IMG/VR virus record: IMGVR_UViG_3300034283_000549 | Span: 1 to 34,438 of that record | Length of the DNA: 34,438 bases | Source of the DNA: a virus | Taxonomy: Duplodnaviria > Caudoviricetes | Strand: one strand, 5' to 3' | Shown: piece after piece, positions 16,149-25,139 of the stretch | How positions within the stretch are numbered: the first letter of the stretch is position 1 | How the letters are laid out: each line of letters begins with the position of its first letter | Program-made: the position numbers and the translations under genes | Notes under the pieces: generated by a model | What the model saw: the letters and a program-made list of their open reading frames with translations, nothing else | Database searches by the model: none | What the model was told of the DNA's origin: nothing

Positions 16149-17179
16149 GAATTGGAATAATTGCAAGATGTGATGATACTGGTCTTGGTAATCAAACCAG
16201 AGAATTGGTTAAGATGCTAAACCCTGATAAGATTATGGTTATTAATTCAAGGTTCTTTAATCAAAATAAGCAACATTTTGACTGGTATGATGGATATAAC
16301 TATACTGCTACACTAAAAGGGTTTCCAACAAGTGCTGAAATAGCAAATTTTATTACAGATGTTGACGTAGTTATTAGTTGTGAAACATTTTATAGTCCAA
16401 AATTTATTGATATAGCAAGATCTCGTGGAGTTAAGACAATACTACAATATAACTATGAGTTCTTTGGAAACCTTGTACATACAGAATGGTCACTTCCAGA
16501 TGTCCTTGTTGCTCCTAGCCTATGGAATATGGATAAGATAGTTGAACTCTTTGGTGATAAATGTAAGGTTGTTTACTTACCGCCACCTACAAACCATGAA
16601 AACTTTAAGAATGCAAAAGAAAAGAATATGTCAAAATTTCATAACCGTATACTTCATGTTGGAGGAAAGGCTGCAGTTAAAGACAGAAATGGGACTAACA
16701 CTGTAATAGAAATGCTTAAGTATTCTGAGGGAGATTACGAAGTTGTAGTTAAAACTCAAAGCGATCTAGGTATTAAAGGTGCTAATGAAAGATTAACTAT
16801 TGAGACTAAAACAACAAAAGAACCAGAAGATCTATATTCTGGGTATGATGCAATGGTATTGCCTAGGAGGTATGCTGGATTGTGTCTACCTATGAATGAG
16901 GCTCTTCTTAGTGGGCTACCTGTTTTTATGCCCCGCATTTCTCCAAACAATGTTATTCTTCCAGATAAATGGACGGTAGAGGCAAAGAAGATTGATGAGT
17001 TTAAGGCTAAGGCTATTATTGATGTCTATGATGTTGATCCAAAAACACTTGCAAAAACAGTTGATGATTATATGGCAAAGAAAGATAGTTTAATTAAGCA
17101 AGAAGCATTTGATCTTGGGTTTATTAATTTTTCAACAGAGTCACTAAAAGATAAATATATAAACTTAATTAATTCATAA
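16145..17179 (+). CDS. GT4-family glycosyltransferase
   Basis: MVLP...AGLCLPMNEALLSGLPV GT-B motif; N-terminal TGLG. Confidence 0.8.
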   Translation: MRIGIIARCDDTGLGNQTRELVKMLNPDKIMVINSRFFNQNKQHFDWYDGYNYTATLKGFPTSAEIANFITDVDVVISCETFYSPKFIDIARSRGVKTILQYNYEFFGNLVHTEWSLPDVLVAPSLWNMDKIVELFGDKCKVVYLPPPTNHENFKNAKEKNMSKFHNRILHVGGKAAVKDRNGTNTVIEMLKYSEGDYEVVVKTQSDLGIKGANERLTIETKTTKEPEDLYSGYDAMVLPRRYAGLCLPMNEALLSGLPVFMPRISPNNVILPDKWTVEAKKIDEFKAKAIIDVYDVDPKTLAKTVDDYMAKKDSLIKQEAFDLGFINFSTESLKDKYINLINS

Positions 17180-17182
17180 AAC

Positions 17183-17210
17183 AAAAAAGCCAGCCTATCT
17201 CTAGACTGGC
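17183..17210 (-). terminator. intrinsic terminator at the convergence of the two gene blocks
   Basis: GCCAGTCTA-GAGA-TAGGCTGGC followed by TTTTTT on -. Confidence 0.8.
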
Positions 17211-17227
17211 AATTCTGTAAGTAAATG

Positions 17228-17497
17228 TTACTTCTTTGGCGCTGCCTTCTTAGCAGCCTTCTTTACAGGTGCCTTAGCAGCCTTCAGAGCCTTCTCTACC
17301 TCTTTAGCATCTGGTAGTACACCAAAAGCCTTGTCGTTAGGGTTAATTGCTCTAATCGCCACTGGCGCTACTGCTGCTACAAGTGCAGTCCATAGATCTT
17401 TTGGATCTGTTACGCCTGCCATGTATAGTGCAAGACCTGATGCAAGGACTGAACGTCCGTATGATGCAAGTACTGCCTTTAGTTGTTCTGTGTTCAT
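17228..17497 (-). CDS. holin-like small membrane protein with basic AK-rich tail
   Basis: Start at MNTEQ after GGAGG; two hydrophobic helices, NP.D..FG, tail KAPVKKAAKKAAPKK. Confidence 0.6.
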   Translation of the reverse strand: MNTEQLKAVLASYGRSVLASGLALYMAGVTDPKDLWTALVAAVAPVAIRAINPNDKAFGVLPDAKEVEKALKAAKAPVKKAAKKAAPKK

Positions 17498-17505
17498 TTT
17501 TCCTC

Positions 17506-17664
17506 CTAGGATAGAACCTTTATTAGTATAGCATATCCAGCCCATAGACCTACAATTCCTGCGACTCCCGCAAAAACTGGCGGTGCTGGAACTGGCAATT
17601 TGAATGCAGCAAATACTACACCACATCCAAAACCTGTTAGTGTTGATAACAATATATCTCTCAT
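17506..17664 (-). CDS. XapX/DUF1427-like small membrane protein (52 aa)
   Basis: Hand-translated MRDILLSTLTGFGCGVVFAAFKLPVPAPPVFAGVAGIVGLWAGY...; PAPP signature. Confidence 0.75.
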   Translation of the reverse strand: MRDILLSTLTGFGCGVVFAAFKLPVPAPPVFAGVAGIVGLWAGYAILIKVLS

Positions 17665-18107
17665 TATTTTATTTCATCCTCTGGCAATAGTGTTTTTAAT
17701 TCTTTATATGCTTTTGAAATATTCTTCATAGATGGATAATCTGGTCTTGACATAGATAGAGCATCTCCATATTCATCAAAGTATGAGATGTCTGCATCAA
17801 CATCATTAACAAACTTAGTTAAACCTTTTTGCACGTTTTCAATATATTCAAATGCCCATAGTCTAGAATCAGAAAGAAACTTAATAAAGTTTTCTTTATG
17901 TATTGATTCATCTGAATTTTCTTTTATTTTTGTAGACTTAGTTAGATCAACATATTCTTGAAGCAAAGTCTTTTCAATAAAGAGTTTTGAAACATCTTTT
18001 TTAAGTTTAATTAATTGTCTTAAAACTAATATGTATGAGGCTGCAAAGCAAACTGACAGGGTTGCAAAAACAACAATAAAAATATCTTTCATATCACCAC
18101 TCCACAT
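17664..18107 (-). CDS. membrane-anchored coiled-coil hypothetical protein
   Basis: N-terminal TM; ORF track. Confidence 0.7.
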   Translation of the reverse strand: MWSGDMKDIFIVVFATLSVCFAASYILVLRQLIKLKKDVSKLFIEKTLLQEYVDLTKSTKIKENSDESIHKENFIKFLSDSRLWAFEYIENVQKGLTKFVNDVDADISYFDEYGDALSMSRPDYPSMKNISKAYKELKTLLPEDEIK

Positions 18108-18127
18108 GTTTTAATTATATCCTAACG

Positions 18128-19042
18128 CTATTGGTTTGTCAAATTATAAAAATCTTTAAAGTTAGTATTAGTAAATATCTCGTATTCTTCAAGTGTTCTT
18201 ACATCACCAGCACCAAATACTCCAGACTCTTCACCGCAAAGAACTCTTTTTTGTTTCTTGTATGATATTTCTTCTAGTTCTTTCCAAGAGATACCACGCA
18301 GATTTCTATCTTTCCATATTTTGCTGTACCCGCCACGAGAATAAAAATGATAAACGATATTCTTTGAAGGAGAATATATGTCCCATCCTCTAGTCCATGA
18401 TCTCATAGCAAAACAAACCTCTTCACCAAAGAAACTAATATCTGGATCGTATGGAACTTCCTCTACTATTGAGCCATCTGAAAACATAAAGCCACCAAGA
18501 ACTGTTTGAGATAATTCTGGATTTTCTTTTGCTCTATCTTCAAACTCAAATCTTTCTGCTGTCCATTGCTTTCTTTTATTTAATAATATCTTTTGTCTAG
18601 TTGGATATGCCTTTACCTTTGGATTATTTGTAATTAAATACATACCGCCATTTCTTTCTGGCTCATATGGGGCTGGGAAATATGACAACAATACACGACT
18701 ATGCCCAGATATATTTTTAGCCCTGTTTAACTGATCAATGCAAATTGAGTCCCAACCAGGAGCAAACCTTGTATGTGAGTCAATCTGAAGAAAATACTCT
18801 TCTCCAGAGTATAGTTCCATTGCTTTTGATCTTGCAAATCCTGCACCTTTTGCTTCTTTTGGATGCATTTTAGTTATAGATATATTTTTTATTTTCTGAA
18901 TATCAAATAGTTCTGAATCAACTCCTTGATGAACAACACCAAAATACAAATTGTCTGGACTATTTGCATTTTCAATAGCACTTTTAATTGTCCATTGAAG
19001 TTCTGGATCACGATAAGAGGCAATAGATACAAAAATTCTCAT
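18128..19042 (-). CDS. GT60/Gnt1-like (Skp1-hydroxyproline type) GlcNAc-transferase
   Basis: IFVSIASYRDPE, A.G...AR, YFLQIDSHTRF..GWD, PYDP...F.GEE...R.WT.GWD.Y.P motifs. Confidence 0.85.
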   Translation of the reverse strand: MRIFVSIASYRDPELQWTIKSAIENANSPDNLYFGVVHQGVDSELFDIQKIKNISITKMHPKEAKGAGFARSKAMELYSGEEYFLQIDSHTRFAPGWDSICIDQLNRAKNISGHSRVLLSYFPAPYEPERNGGMYLITNNPKVKAYPTRQKILLNKRKQWTAERFEFEDRAKENPELSQTVLGGFMFSDGSIVEEVPYDPDISFFGEEVCFAMRSWTRGWDIYSPSKNIVYHFYSRGGYSKIWKDRNLRGISWKELEEISYKKQKRVLCGEESGVFGAGDVRTLEEYEIFTNTNFKDFYNLTNQ

Positions 19043-19269
19043 TTTATTGCCTCTCTTGTAACCAATACGATTGCGCCTTCCATCTCTAATGCTTTTTTTA
19101 AATTTAAAACATATTGAAGAGCCTGAATCTTATCATCATGAACCATTTTTGCAAACTTAAGTTCATTTAACTTAATAGTTAAGAAGTGTTCATTATCAAT
19201 TAACTCTATTGTAAATCCTTTTGGAGGGGTTACTGAGTGAAAGGCTCTACGCATTTGATCTGTATACAC
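19039..19269 (-). CDS. hypothetical protein
   Basis: Probable GTG start just after the whiB stop. Confidence 0.65.
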   Translation of the reverse strand: MYTDQMRRAFHSVTPPKGFTIELIDNEHFLTIKLNELKFAKMVHDDKIQALQYVLNLKKALEMEGAIVLVTREAIK

Positions 19270-19271
19270 AA

Positions 19272-19556
19272 TTACTTTTCCATTGTCAATGCTTGCCAAG
19301 TATTAGCCCAGTCTTGCTTAGTTTTATGTTTGTTAAACTCTCTAGATATATTTCCAAGTTCAAGGAACACTCCACCCCAAACACCATACTCTTTACCTGA
19401 AACTCCATTAGCAAAGCAAGTCTTTGAAACTGGGCACCTTTGGCACATTGAGTCTACGATTGGACGTACATCTACACTGTCTTCATACTTATCAAAAAAT
19501 ATATTAGTATCAAGACCAAGACATGCTGCTTGATCTTTCCATAAATGTTGCTTCAT
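19272..19556 (-). CDS. whiB: WhiB-family Fe-S transcription factor
   Basis: W...AAC...FF...CQRCPV...C...GVWGG. Confidence 0.92.
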   Translation of the reverse strand: MKQHLWKDQAACLGLDTNIFFDKYEDSVDVRPIVDSMCQRCPVSKTCFANGVSGKEYGVWGGVFLELGNISREFNKHKTKQDWANTWQALTMEK

Positions 19557-19766
19557 TTACTGACCGTATTTGTTTGGAATATCCCAACCATTACGATTAA
19601 GGTTAAAGGTTTTTTGTAAATACCAAGCATTTCTTACACGTACTCCGCTTGGAGATGTTCTTGCAAGGTCTGATCTTTTACGTTCTACAACGTCCCAACC
19701 AACCCACTCAAGTTCTTTATTCTTTGAAACAATCTTTTCCATATGTGCTAACGAATTAATTATCAT
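19557..19766 (-). CDS. hypothetical protein
   Basis: ORF track; operon context. Confidence 0.7.
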   Translation of the reverse strand: MIINSLAHMEKIVSKNKELEWVGWDVVERKRSDLARTSPSGVRVRNAWYLQKTFNLNRNGWDIPNKYGQ

Positions 19767-19780
19767 ATTTTTACTTTCTT

Positions 19781-20131
19781 TTAGTAACGGAAGATTCCTA
19801 CTTCTACATTTTTTGATTCTGCAAAAGTTGTTAATTTTGATACTGACTCTTTTGGCTTGCTAAGAAATGCAAAATAGTTTACTTGATCCATATTTTGATA
19901 TAGCCAACTCTCTGGAACTTTGTAAAACTTTATCTTACGACCTCTTGCCTTCATTCCTCTTTCTGATAGGTTTGAAAACTCTGAAACAAAAGAGTTGACT
20001 TTTGTTGGTCCAACAGAATAGATTATAAAATCTTTTTCTTCTTCTTTCATTCCAGATAAAGCAACGCTTATAGCACGAAGGAATAGGTTGTAATCGTTAA
20101 ACTCATTAGTTCCCTGCACTGCCACTATCAT
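19781..20131 (-). CDS. hypothetical protein, possibly degenerate SLOG/YspA-like
   Basis: N-terminal MIVAVQGTNEFNDY resembles the SLOG start motif. Confidence 0.45.
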   Translation of the reverse strand: MIVAVQGTNEFNDYNLFLRAISVALSGMKEEEKDFIIYSVGPTKVNSFVSEFSNLSERGMKARGRKIKFYKVPESWLYQNMDQVNYFAFLSKPKESVSKLTTFAESKNVEVGIFRY

Positions 20132-20522
20132 TTATTTTCCCATTCTTTAAGTTATCCAGGATGAACAACATTTTATCTACTTCTTTTTTTGACATTTTGG
20201 TTGTATCTAAAGGTCTTCCAGTTTCTGGTCTGACCTTTCCATCTACTGTATCACCAACATAAAACATGTTATTTGATACCCAATATGCCTTTTGATCTAT
20301 TATGACAACCTTAGTTGTTTGTTTTTCTTTCCAAATCTTGGATTGAGATGTAACAACTTTGTCATCAAAAATGTCTTTAAAGAAAAAATCTTTTAATATG
20401 TTGTGCATATCACTTTGACGATACAAGACTTTATTAAAAGATTTTTTTCTTTTTTTGTTCATTACTATAATTATAGATGAAAAAGAGATCAATGTCAAGC
20501 CGATAATTAAGATAGCCTGCAT
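20106..20522 (-). CDS. membrane-anchored hypothetical protein
   Basis: N-terminal TM then basic stretch. Confidence 0.7.
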   Translation of the reverse strand: MQAILIIGLTLISFSSIIIVMNKKRKKSFNKVLYRQSDMHNILKDFFFKDIFDDKVVTSQSKIWKEKQTTKVVIIDQKAYWVSNNMFYVGDTVDGKVRPETGRPLDTTKMSKKEVDKMLFILDNLKNGKINDSGSAGN

Positions 20523-20534
20523 TTTTTCTCCTAA

Positions 20535-20714
20535 TTATTTAGTTGTTTTTTCTGGTGTTTCTTTTTTTGAAACATTTTGATCTGAAACTAATTGAGCAGA
20601 CATAAACTTATTTAATTTTATCTGCGTTTGTAATAATGAAAATTCTACGTCTGACGCTCTTTGTTTATAGAATGCCAAGAGTTGTCTTAATTCATCAATA
20701 GTTAAATCTTCCAT
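20535..20714 (-). CDS. small coiled-coil protein (59 aa)
   Basis: Hand-translated MEDLTIDELRQLLAFYKQR...; AGGGGG RBS. Confidence 0.65.
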   Translation of the reverse strand: MEDLTIDELRQLLAFYKQRASDVEFSLLQTQIKLNKFMSAQLVSDQNVSKKETPEKTTK

Positions 20715-20716
20715 AC

Positions 20717-21088
20717 TTATTCCCCCCTTAAACTAAATGGACTTCCTTGCCAAACCTTTTCTGTCTTACTTTTTTCACGTTCAACAATGGCACGACTCCA
20801 CGCAAACCCTGCGTCTCCGCCCCATGCTTCCCACATAATTCTTCCATTAGAAGGAAACTCTGGGCCATCGTAAAAACCTTTACCTTTTTTATCTACTTCA
20901 TGACGTGAAAAGAAAGAGTACATTCTCTTAACAGTATCAAGAGACATAGAGGCACCATTAACAATATCTGTTGCTCTACCCCAGCCTACTGGAGTTCCAG
21001 CCCCTGTTGCTTTGCCATCTTCTTTCCACTTCAATGCACGTCGTGCTGCAGCCTTCATTCCTGCATTAGGTGAATATGTATCTGCCAT
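20717..21088 (-). CDS. phage protein, possibly head-associated
   Basis: GT.VG..RA...RMYSFFSRH...AWGGDAG..W motif recognised from phage morphogenesis regions. Confidence 0.6.
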   Translation of the reverse strand: MADTYSPNAGMKAAARRALKWKEDGKATGAGTPVGWGRATDIVNGASMSLDTVKRMYSFFSRHEVDKKGKGFYDGPEFPSNGRIMWEAWGGDAGFAWSRAIVEREKSKTEKVWQGSPFSLRGE

Positions 21089-21222
21089 TACTTAACCTTC
21101 TTTGGATGCTTCACTTCATAAGGACCAATAATAGATTTAACTGTACCGTTTTTATTCATGCGTACAATTTTTCCGTCCTTGATTTGTGTTGCATTAAATG
21201 ATTTTGCTTTTTTCTTTGGCAT
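21088..21222 (-). CDS. small basic protein (44 aa)
   Basis: Hand-translated MPKKKAKSFNATQIKDGKIV...; TAATG coupling at both ends. Confidence 0.6.
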   Translation of the reverse strand: MPKKKAKSFNATQIKDGKIVRMNKNGTVKSIIGPYEVKHPKKVK

Positions 21223-21971
21223 TATTTTAAAAATCCATTCCAAAAATTATCCAACTCTGCTGATTTTTCAGACTTATATGTTCCACCACGACGCTTGTAT
21301 TCTTGAACAACCCAAGAGTTTGCAACTGCAGATGGATACACATCAAATTTATCTTTTGCTGCCTGCACAACTCTTGCATAAAGTCTTGGATTAGAAGGTG
21401 TTGATCCACCACGACGTGGTTGAATCATTTCACCATAGTTAGGCTTTTTTGCTTTTTCCATTTCATCTTCCTTTTCTTGTGATTTTCCAATTGATGAATC
21501 ATACATTGCCATTGCAACTTCTGAATCCATTTCTTCTTTATCATCTTCCATAGTGTGGTTGTTTATATCTACAACCTGTGCATCCTTGTACATCATTCCA
21601 ATACTATATGCGGTTGGCTCCCACTTACCATCTTCTTCTTCATAAATTCTAACAGCCATTGCTGGATTTTCTGGTGGCATAGACTGAATTGCATATTCTG
21701 TTCCAGGAACCCCATAGACTCCGCCTTCTATCATAATGTGCTCAACAATTCCGTGAACCATTCCTTCAGAGGTTATTCCCATAACGAAATCACCCTCTTT
21801 AATTTCATTCATACTTTTCCCTATGTTGCCTTCAGAGCGATTGATTGCATAAATCTGTGCAGCAGCCTCAGCACGGGTTGTGTGGCAACCCATAACTTCA
21901 TTTGTGCCTTCTTTTAGTGCAGGGTATCCAGAACACCCAAAAGAGCCTTTGGCTCCAACTCTGTATGGCAT
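21222..21971 (-). CDS. multi-module phage protein (C-terminal DUF5872-like)
   Basis: GCH.T...A.AQ N-module; C-terminal LY...AK.KF..YPSA.A...VQEYKRRGG.Y. Confidence 0.55.
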   Translation of the reverse strand: MPYRVGAKGSFGCSGYPALKEGTNEVMGCHTTRAEAAAQIYAINRSEGNIGKSMNEIKEGDFVMGITSEGMVHGIVEHIMIEGGVYGVPGTEYAIQSMPPENPAMAVRIYEEEDGKWEPTAYSIGMMYKDAQVVDINNHTMEDDKEEMDSEVAMAMYDSSIGKSQEKEDEMEKAKKPNYGEMIQPRRGGSTPSNPRLYARVVQAAKDKFDVYPSAVANSWVVQEYKRRGGTYKSEKSAELDNFWNGFLK

Positions 21972-22009
21972 GGCAGTCCTCCTAGTTTATATACTGATTA
22001 TATCAGACT

Positions 22010-22339
22010 TTACCTTTTTAATAGTCTCTTGACCTCTTCTAGTGCCCAAATTTCATGCTTGGTTAGTTTAGCAACCTCAGCCTTATTAAGACCTTTTTCA
22101 GATATAGTGACTAATGGCTCTGCCAATAAAAAATCAATATTAACATACCCTTTTTCCCATAGGTTTAAAAGATCTCTATTTACTTGAGTTAGGTGATCTT
22201 CATACATATCTGGCATGACTTCTTGCATCTTTGGAGTAATAGTGTATAAAAGTTCATTAGTCTCTGAATCTACTCCAGCAACTTCTAAAGCACCTTCAAG
22301 TATTAAATTTTTGATTAGTTCATCTTCATTGTTGTTCAT
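22010..22339 (-). CDS. hypothetical protein (paralogue of 23209-23433)
   Basis: LILEGALEVAGVD...Y.IT.K.QEV.P. Confidence 0.75.
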   Translation of the reverse strand: MNNNEDELIKNLILEGALEVAGVDSETNELLYTITPKMQEVMPDMYEDHLTQVNRDLLNLWEKGYVNIDFLLAEPLVTISEKGLNKAEVAKLTKHEIWALEEVKRLLKR

Positions 22340-22613
22340 ATCTAATTAACTCCTCTAACTGCTGCCTTGTTTGTGCACCAGTCACACGATGGATTTCAGT
22401 ATTATCTTTCATTACTACAAAAGTAGGAACAGACCTAATCTCAAAATCTTTAGTCATTTCAATATCAGAATCAACATCAACTATAAAAAATTTAGCCATA
22501 ATCTGTTCACGATTTAATTCTTCAACAATTGGCTTTGTTTTTTTACAAGGGTTACACCAATCAGCAGTAAAGTAAAGAATGATTTTATTTCTAGTTAAGT
22601 TATTATTTTCCAT
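22326..22613 (-). CDS. thioredoxin
   Basis: FTADWCNPCK, SVPTF, GA. Confidence 0.92.
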   Translation of the reverse strand: MENNNLTRNKIILYFTADWCNPCKKTKPIVEELNREQIMAKFFIVDVDSDIEMTKDFEIRSVPTFVVMKDNTEIHRVTGAQTRQQLEELIRYEQQ

Positions 22614-22623
22614 ATATTATCCT

Positions 22624-23208
22624 TTAATTAAAATCAATATTAATAACACATCTATAATCATTTTGTGTTGGTGTAGATGGTGCATGATATATATGGCCAT
22701 CAAAAAATACACCCCTACCCATTTTAGGAGAAACACTTTTTCTTATGCTTAAGTTTTGCTTCTTACCATTAAACTTTTCATTATAAAAAACTGTATCTCC
22801 ATCACTATCATTAACATAATAAAGAAAAACATTATGAGGACTATCAAGATCAACGTGTACTGACTGACTTGATGTTTTTGTTTGCCTAGTAACTAGATTT
22901 GTTTTAGCACGCAAGATATTATTAACAGTAATATTATTTTTTTGAACAAATTTTTTAAAAATATTTTCTATAAATAATTCAGCATATGGAGATAGTTGGT
23001 TAGTTCCATCAAATAATATTGATTCAAACATAAAGGTTTCTTTAGTTTCGTTGGTTGCAAAAGATGCATAATTTTCTAAATTATGTGAGGCTGTAGAAGG
23101 AATAAAAAACCATGGGTATGATTTAGACACCATAAAATTTTTTATTTGATTTTGTTCTTCTATCGTTAAAAAATCATCATCAATTAAAAAGTCATTTTTA
23201 TTATTCAT
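22624..23208 (-). CDS. 2OG-Fe(II) oxygenase
   Basis: HVD...LYYVNDSDGDT...FDG..YH...R..IN (HxD...H...R). Confidence 0.85.
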   Translation of the reverse strand: MNNKNDFLIDDDFLTIEEQNQIKNFMVSKSYPWFFIPSTASHNLENYASFATNETKETFMFESILFDGTNQLSPYAELFIENIFKKFVQKNNITVNNILRAKTNLVTRQTKTSSQSVHVDLDSPHNVFLYYVNDSDGDTVFYNEKFNGKKQNLSIRKSVSPKMGRGVFFDGHIYHAPSTPTQNDYRCVINIDFN

Positions 23209-23433
23209 TTATTTTAACCTAATTCTCCATGTCATAACTTTTGGTCCTTGATCTATCATTTCAAACATATTGTATTCAAACTCATCTCTAAGTTGCATAT
23301 ATAGTTCTGGATGAACTTCTTGTAATTTATCAGTAATTGAGTATGTCATTTCGCCTGCTTGATCAATCCCAGACATTTCAATTGCACCTTGCATTATTAA
23401 ATGCTCTAATAACGCTTGACTTTTTATGTCCAT
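23209..23433 (-). CDS. hypothetical protein (paralogue of 22010-22339)
   Basis: LIMQGAIEMSGID...YSITDKLQEVHP. Confidence 0.75.
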   Translation of the reverse strand: MDIKSQALLEHLIMQGAIEMSGIDQAGEMTYSITDKLQEVHPELYMQLRDEFEYNMFEMIDQGPKVMTWRIRLK

Positions 23434-23840
23434 TACTTACCTGATTTTAGTCTAGCCTTTTTAAGTGCCTCAAAGTCTTTAACCTTGGTATCACCTAGAT
23501 AACCCCATGCGTAACCGTCATTGATCATCATATCATTTAGAGATACTGTATCTCCATTAACATAAATCCAACCAAGAATACGTCCAAACTTTTCAGATGA
23601 GTTAATCTTTTCAGTCTTAATTACAACAGACTTAGCATCTTTAAGGTGCTTCTTTAAATACTCTTTAGATTCAAGTCCAAGAGCCTTCTCAGCCGTGTCC
23701 TTTGTGCGAGACTCAGGTGTATCAATGCCAGCAAGTCGTACACGAGATGCAAACATAATATCAAACCCTAAATCAATAACAACGTCAATGGTATCTCCAT
23801 CTACTACGTTTTCTACTTTCTTTACATAATATTCAAACAT
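23433..23840 (-). CDS. SNase/thermonuclease-family nuclease
   Basis: VVDGDTI, RVRLAGIDTPE, KFGRILG, GYA. Confidence 0.9.
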   Translation of the reverse strand: MFEYYVKKVENVVDGDTIDVVIDLGFDIMFASRVRLAGIDTPESRTKDTAEKALGLESKEYLKKHLKDAKSVVIKTEKINSSEKFGRILGWIYVNGDTVSLNDMMINDGYAWGYLGDTKVKDFEALKKARLKSGK

Positions 23841-24130
23841 TAGTAGTCTTCCCCCTTTGATTTATTTTCAATAAGTTTATGTCTTTCATCAAGGATGGTT
23901 ATTGCAAAAGAAATCATCTTCTTATATCCTTCAGGATTGTCCATAACCTTGTTATAGTGATGACCACAAAATAGTAACTCTCCGCTTAATCCAGTAACTT
24001 TTACAAGCGCTTCTGCACTGCATCTGTCACATCGATCATGAGGTGATAGTTGCCATTCTTCTTTTACTTCATCCTTAATCATTGTAAACATTATACCGCT
24101 ACTTTCTGTTATCAGTGGAATAAAATCCAC
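23840..24130 (-). CDS. zinc-binding hypothetical protein (start probably MFTMI)
   Basis: DRCDRCSA.A...L.FCGHH motif seen in small actinobacterial proteins. Confidence 0.65.
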   Translation of the reverse strand: MDFIPLITESSGIMFTMIKDEVKEEWQLSPHDRCDRCSAEALVKVTGLSGELLFCGHHYNKVMDNPEGYKKMISFAITILDERHKLIENKSKGEDY

Positions 24131-24284
24131 TACCGTTGAATACTGCTGTTACATTAGAGTATACACGTTCCAGTGGTAGAGTGCAAGTTTCACACTCATA
24201 CCCTGGATCGGCATCCTTAATAGATCTTTGTTTGATTACAATTTCAGAACATTGTCCTGTACATTTGTATTCATATACTGGCAT
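24099..24284 (-). CDS. FmdB-family zinc-ribbon protein
   Basis: MPVYEYKC...C..C...F.GSGFYSTD. Confidence 0.88.
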   Translation of the reverse strand: MPVYEYKCTGQCSEIVIKQRSIKDADPGYECETCTLPLERVYSNVTAVFNGSGFYSTDNRK

Positions 24285-25087
24285 TACTTCAAAATAGCCT
24301 TATATGTTTTTAAATCTACAATTCCAGTTACTGGAAGTTTAGACTTAGATTGAAAATCTTTAACTGCTTTAGATGTTCCTGGACCAAAAACTCCATCAGC
24401 CTTTAAGCCAAGTGCTTCTTGAATCTTTTTAACAGGTGAACCTTTTGCTCCTTCTTTAAACTGCTTAAACTCTTTCTTAACTGCAGGTGCTGCAGGTGTT
24501 GAAGAGGCTGGAGCAGATTTTTTAACTGGAGCATCAGATGATCCAACCTTAGAAAGAAGGGGAAGGTTTTCTTCACCAGCATAAACTGGACGACCCCAAC
24601 CAACAATTCCATTGATAAGTTTTAACTTATTTTCTTTAACGTATGCACGAGTCTTTTCTACGCACATTCCACCATTTCTTTGGTCTCCCTTTGCAGTTCC
24701 TGAAGTGTTGCCTTCAATAACTTGGATAGTTCCGTTTCCGTTGTTCTTAATGCAAAGACCAACATGTGAAATACGATTTACACCATCTTCTGGGAAATCA
24801 AAATAGATCCAGTCTCCTGGAGTTGGATCATCATTACGAGCATCTGCCCAACGATTATTCTTCTTAAACCAATCTGCTGCTGCTACTGTTGAAGCAGTCT
24901 TTGGATACTTCTTTGCATCTAAGCCAGATGTAAATGCACACCATGAAACAAATGATTGGCACCATGGTTGGAAGTTCATTCCAGTCCATTTACCATACTT
25001 TGTTTCGTTATCTTTTGGACCTTCAATGGTTCCAACTTCTTTTTTTGCAACCTCAACGATTGCTTCTAGACTACCTTTTGCTGCCAT
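24284..25087 (-). CDS. endolysin: CHAP amidase plus peptidoglycan-binding domain
   Basis: PWCQSFVSW, HVG, IEGNT; C-terminal G..V..IQ..LG...DG.FG.GT..AV..FQ....L...GIVD. Confidence 0.9.
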   Translation of the reverse strand: MAAKGSLEAIVEVAKKEVGTIEGPKDNETKYGKWTGMNFQPWCQSFVSWCAFTSGLDAKKYPKTASTVAAADWFKKNNRWADARNDDPTPGDWIYFDFPEDGVNRISHVGLCIKNNGNGTIQVIEGNTSGTAKGDQRNGGMCVEKTRAYVKENKLKLINGIVGWGRPVYAGEENLPLLSKVGSSDAPVKKSAPASSTPAAPAVKKEFKQFKEGAKGSPVKKIQEALGLKADGVFGPGTSKAVKDFQSKSKLPVTGIVDLKTYKAILK

Positions 25088-25109
25088 TTTTTATCTCCTA
25101 ATATTAAGG

Positions 25110-25139
25110 GGCAGTTTATAAAGACATGCCTAGGTCTCT
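25110..25139 (-). other. putative H-type pseudoknot at the 5' end of the endolysin mRNA
   Basis: AGAGAC/GTCTTT stem 1, GGCA/TGCC stem 2; TATAAT at 25151-25146. Confidence 0.45.

Noticed and set aside
17498-17626. N-terminal extension of the holin-like ORF
   Set aside because: Occupied by the XapX-like gene in another frame; a GGAGG RBS marks the 17497 start
19272-19556. WhiB as a novelty
   Set aside because: Already well known in actinophages; used here only as a host marker
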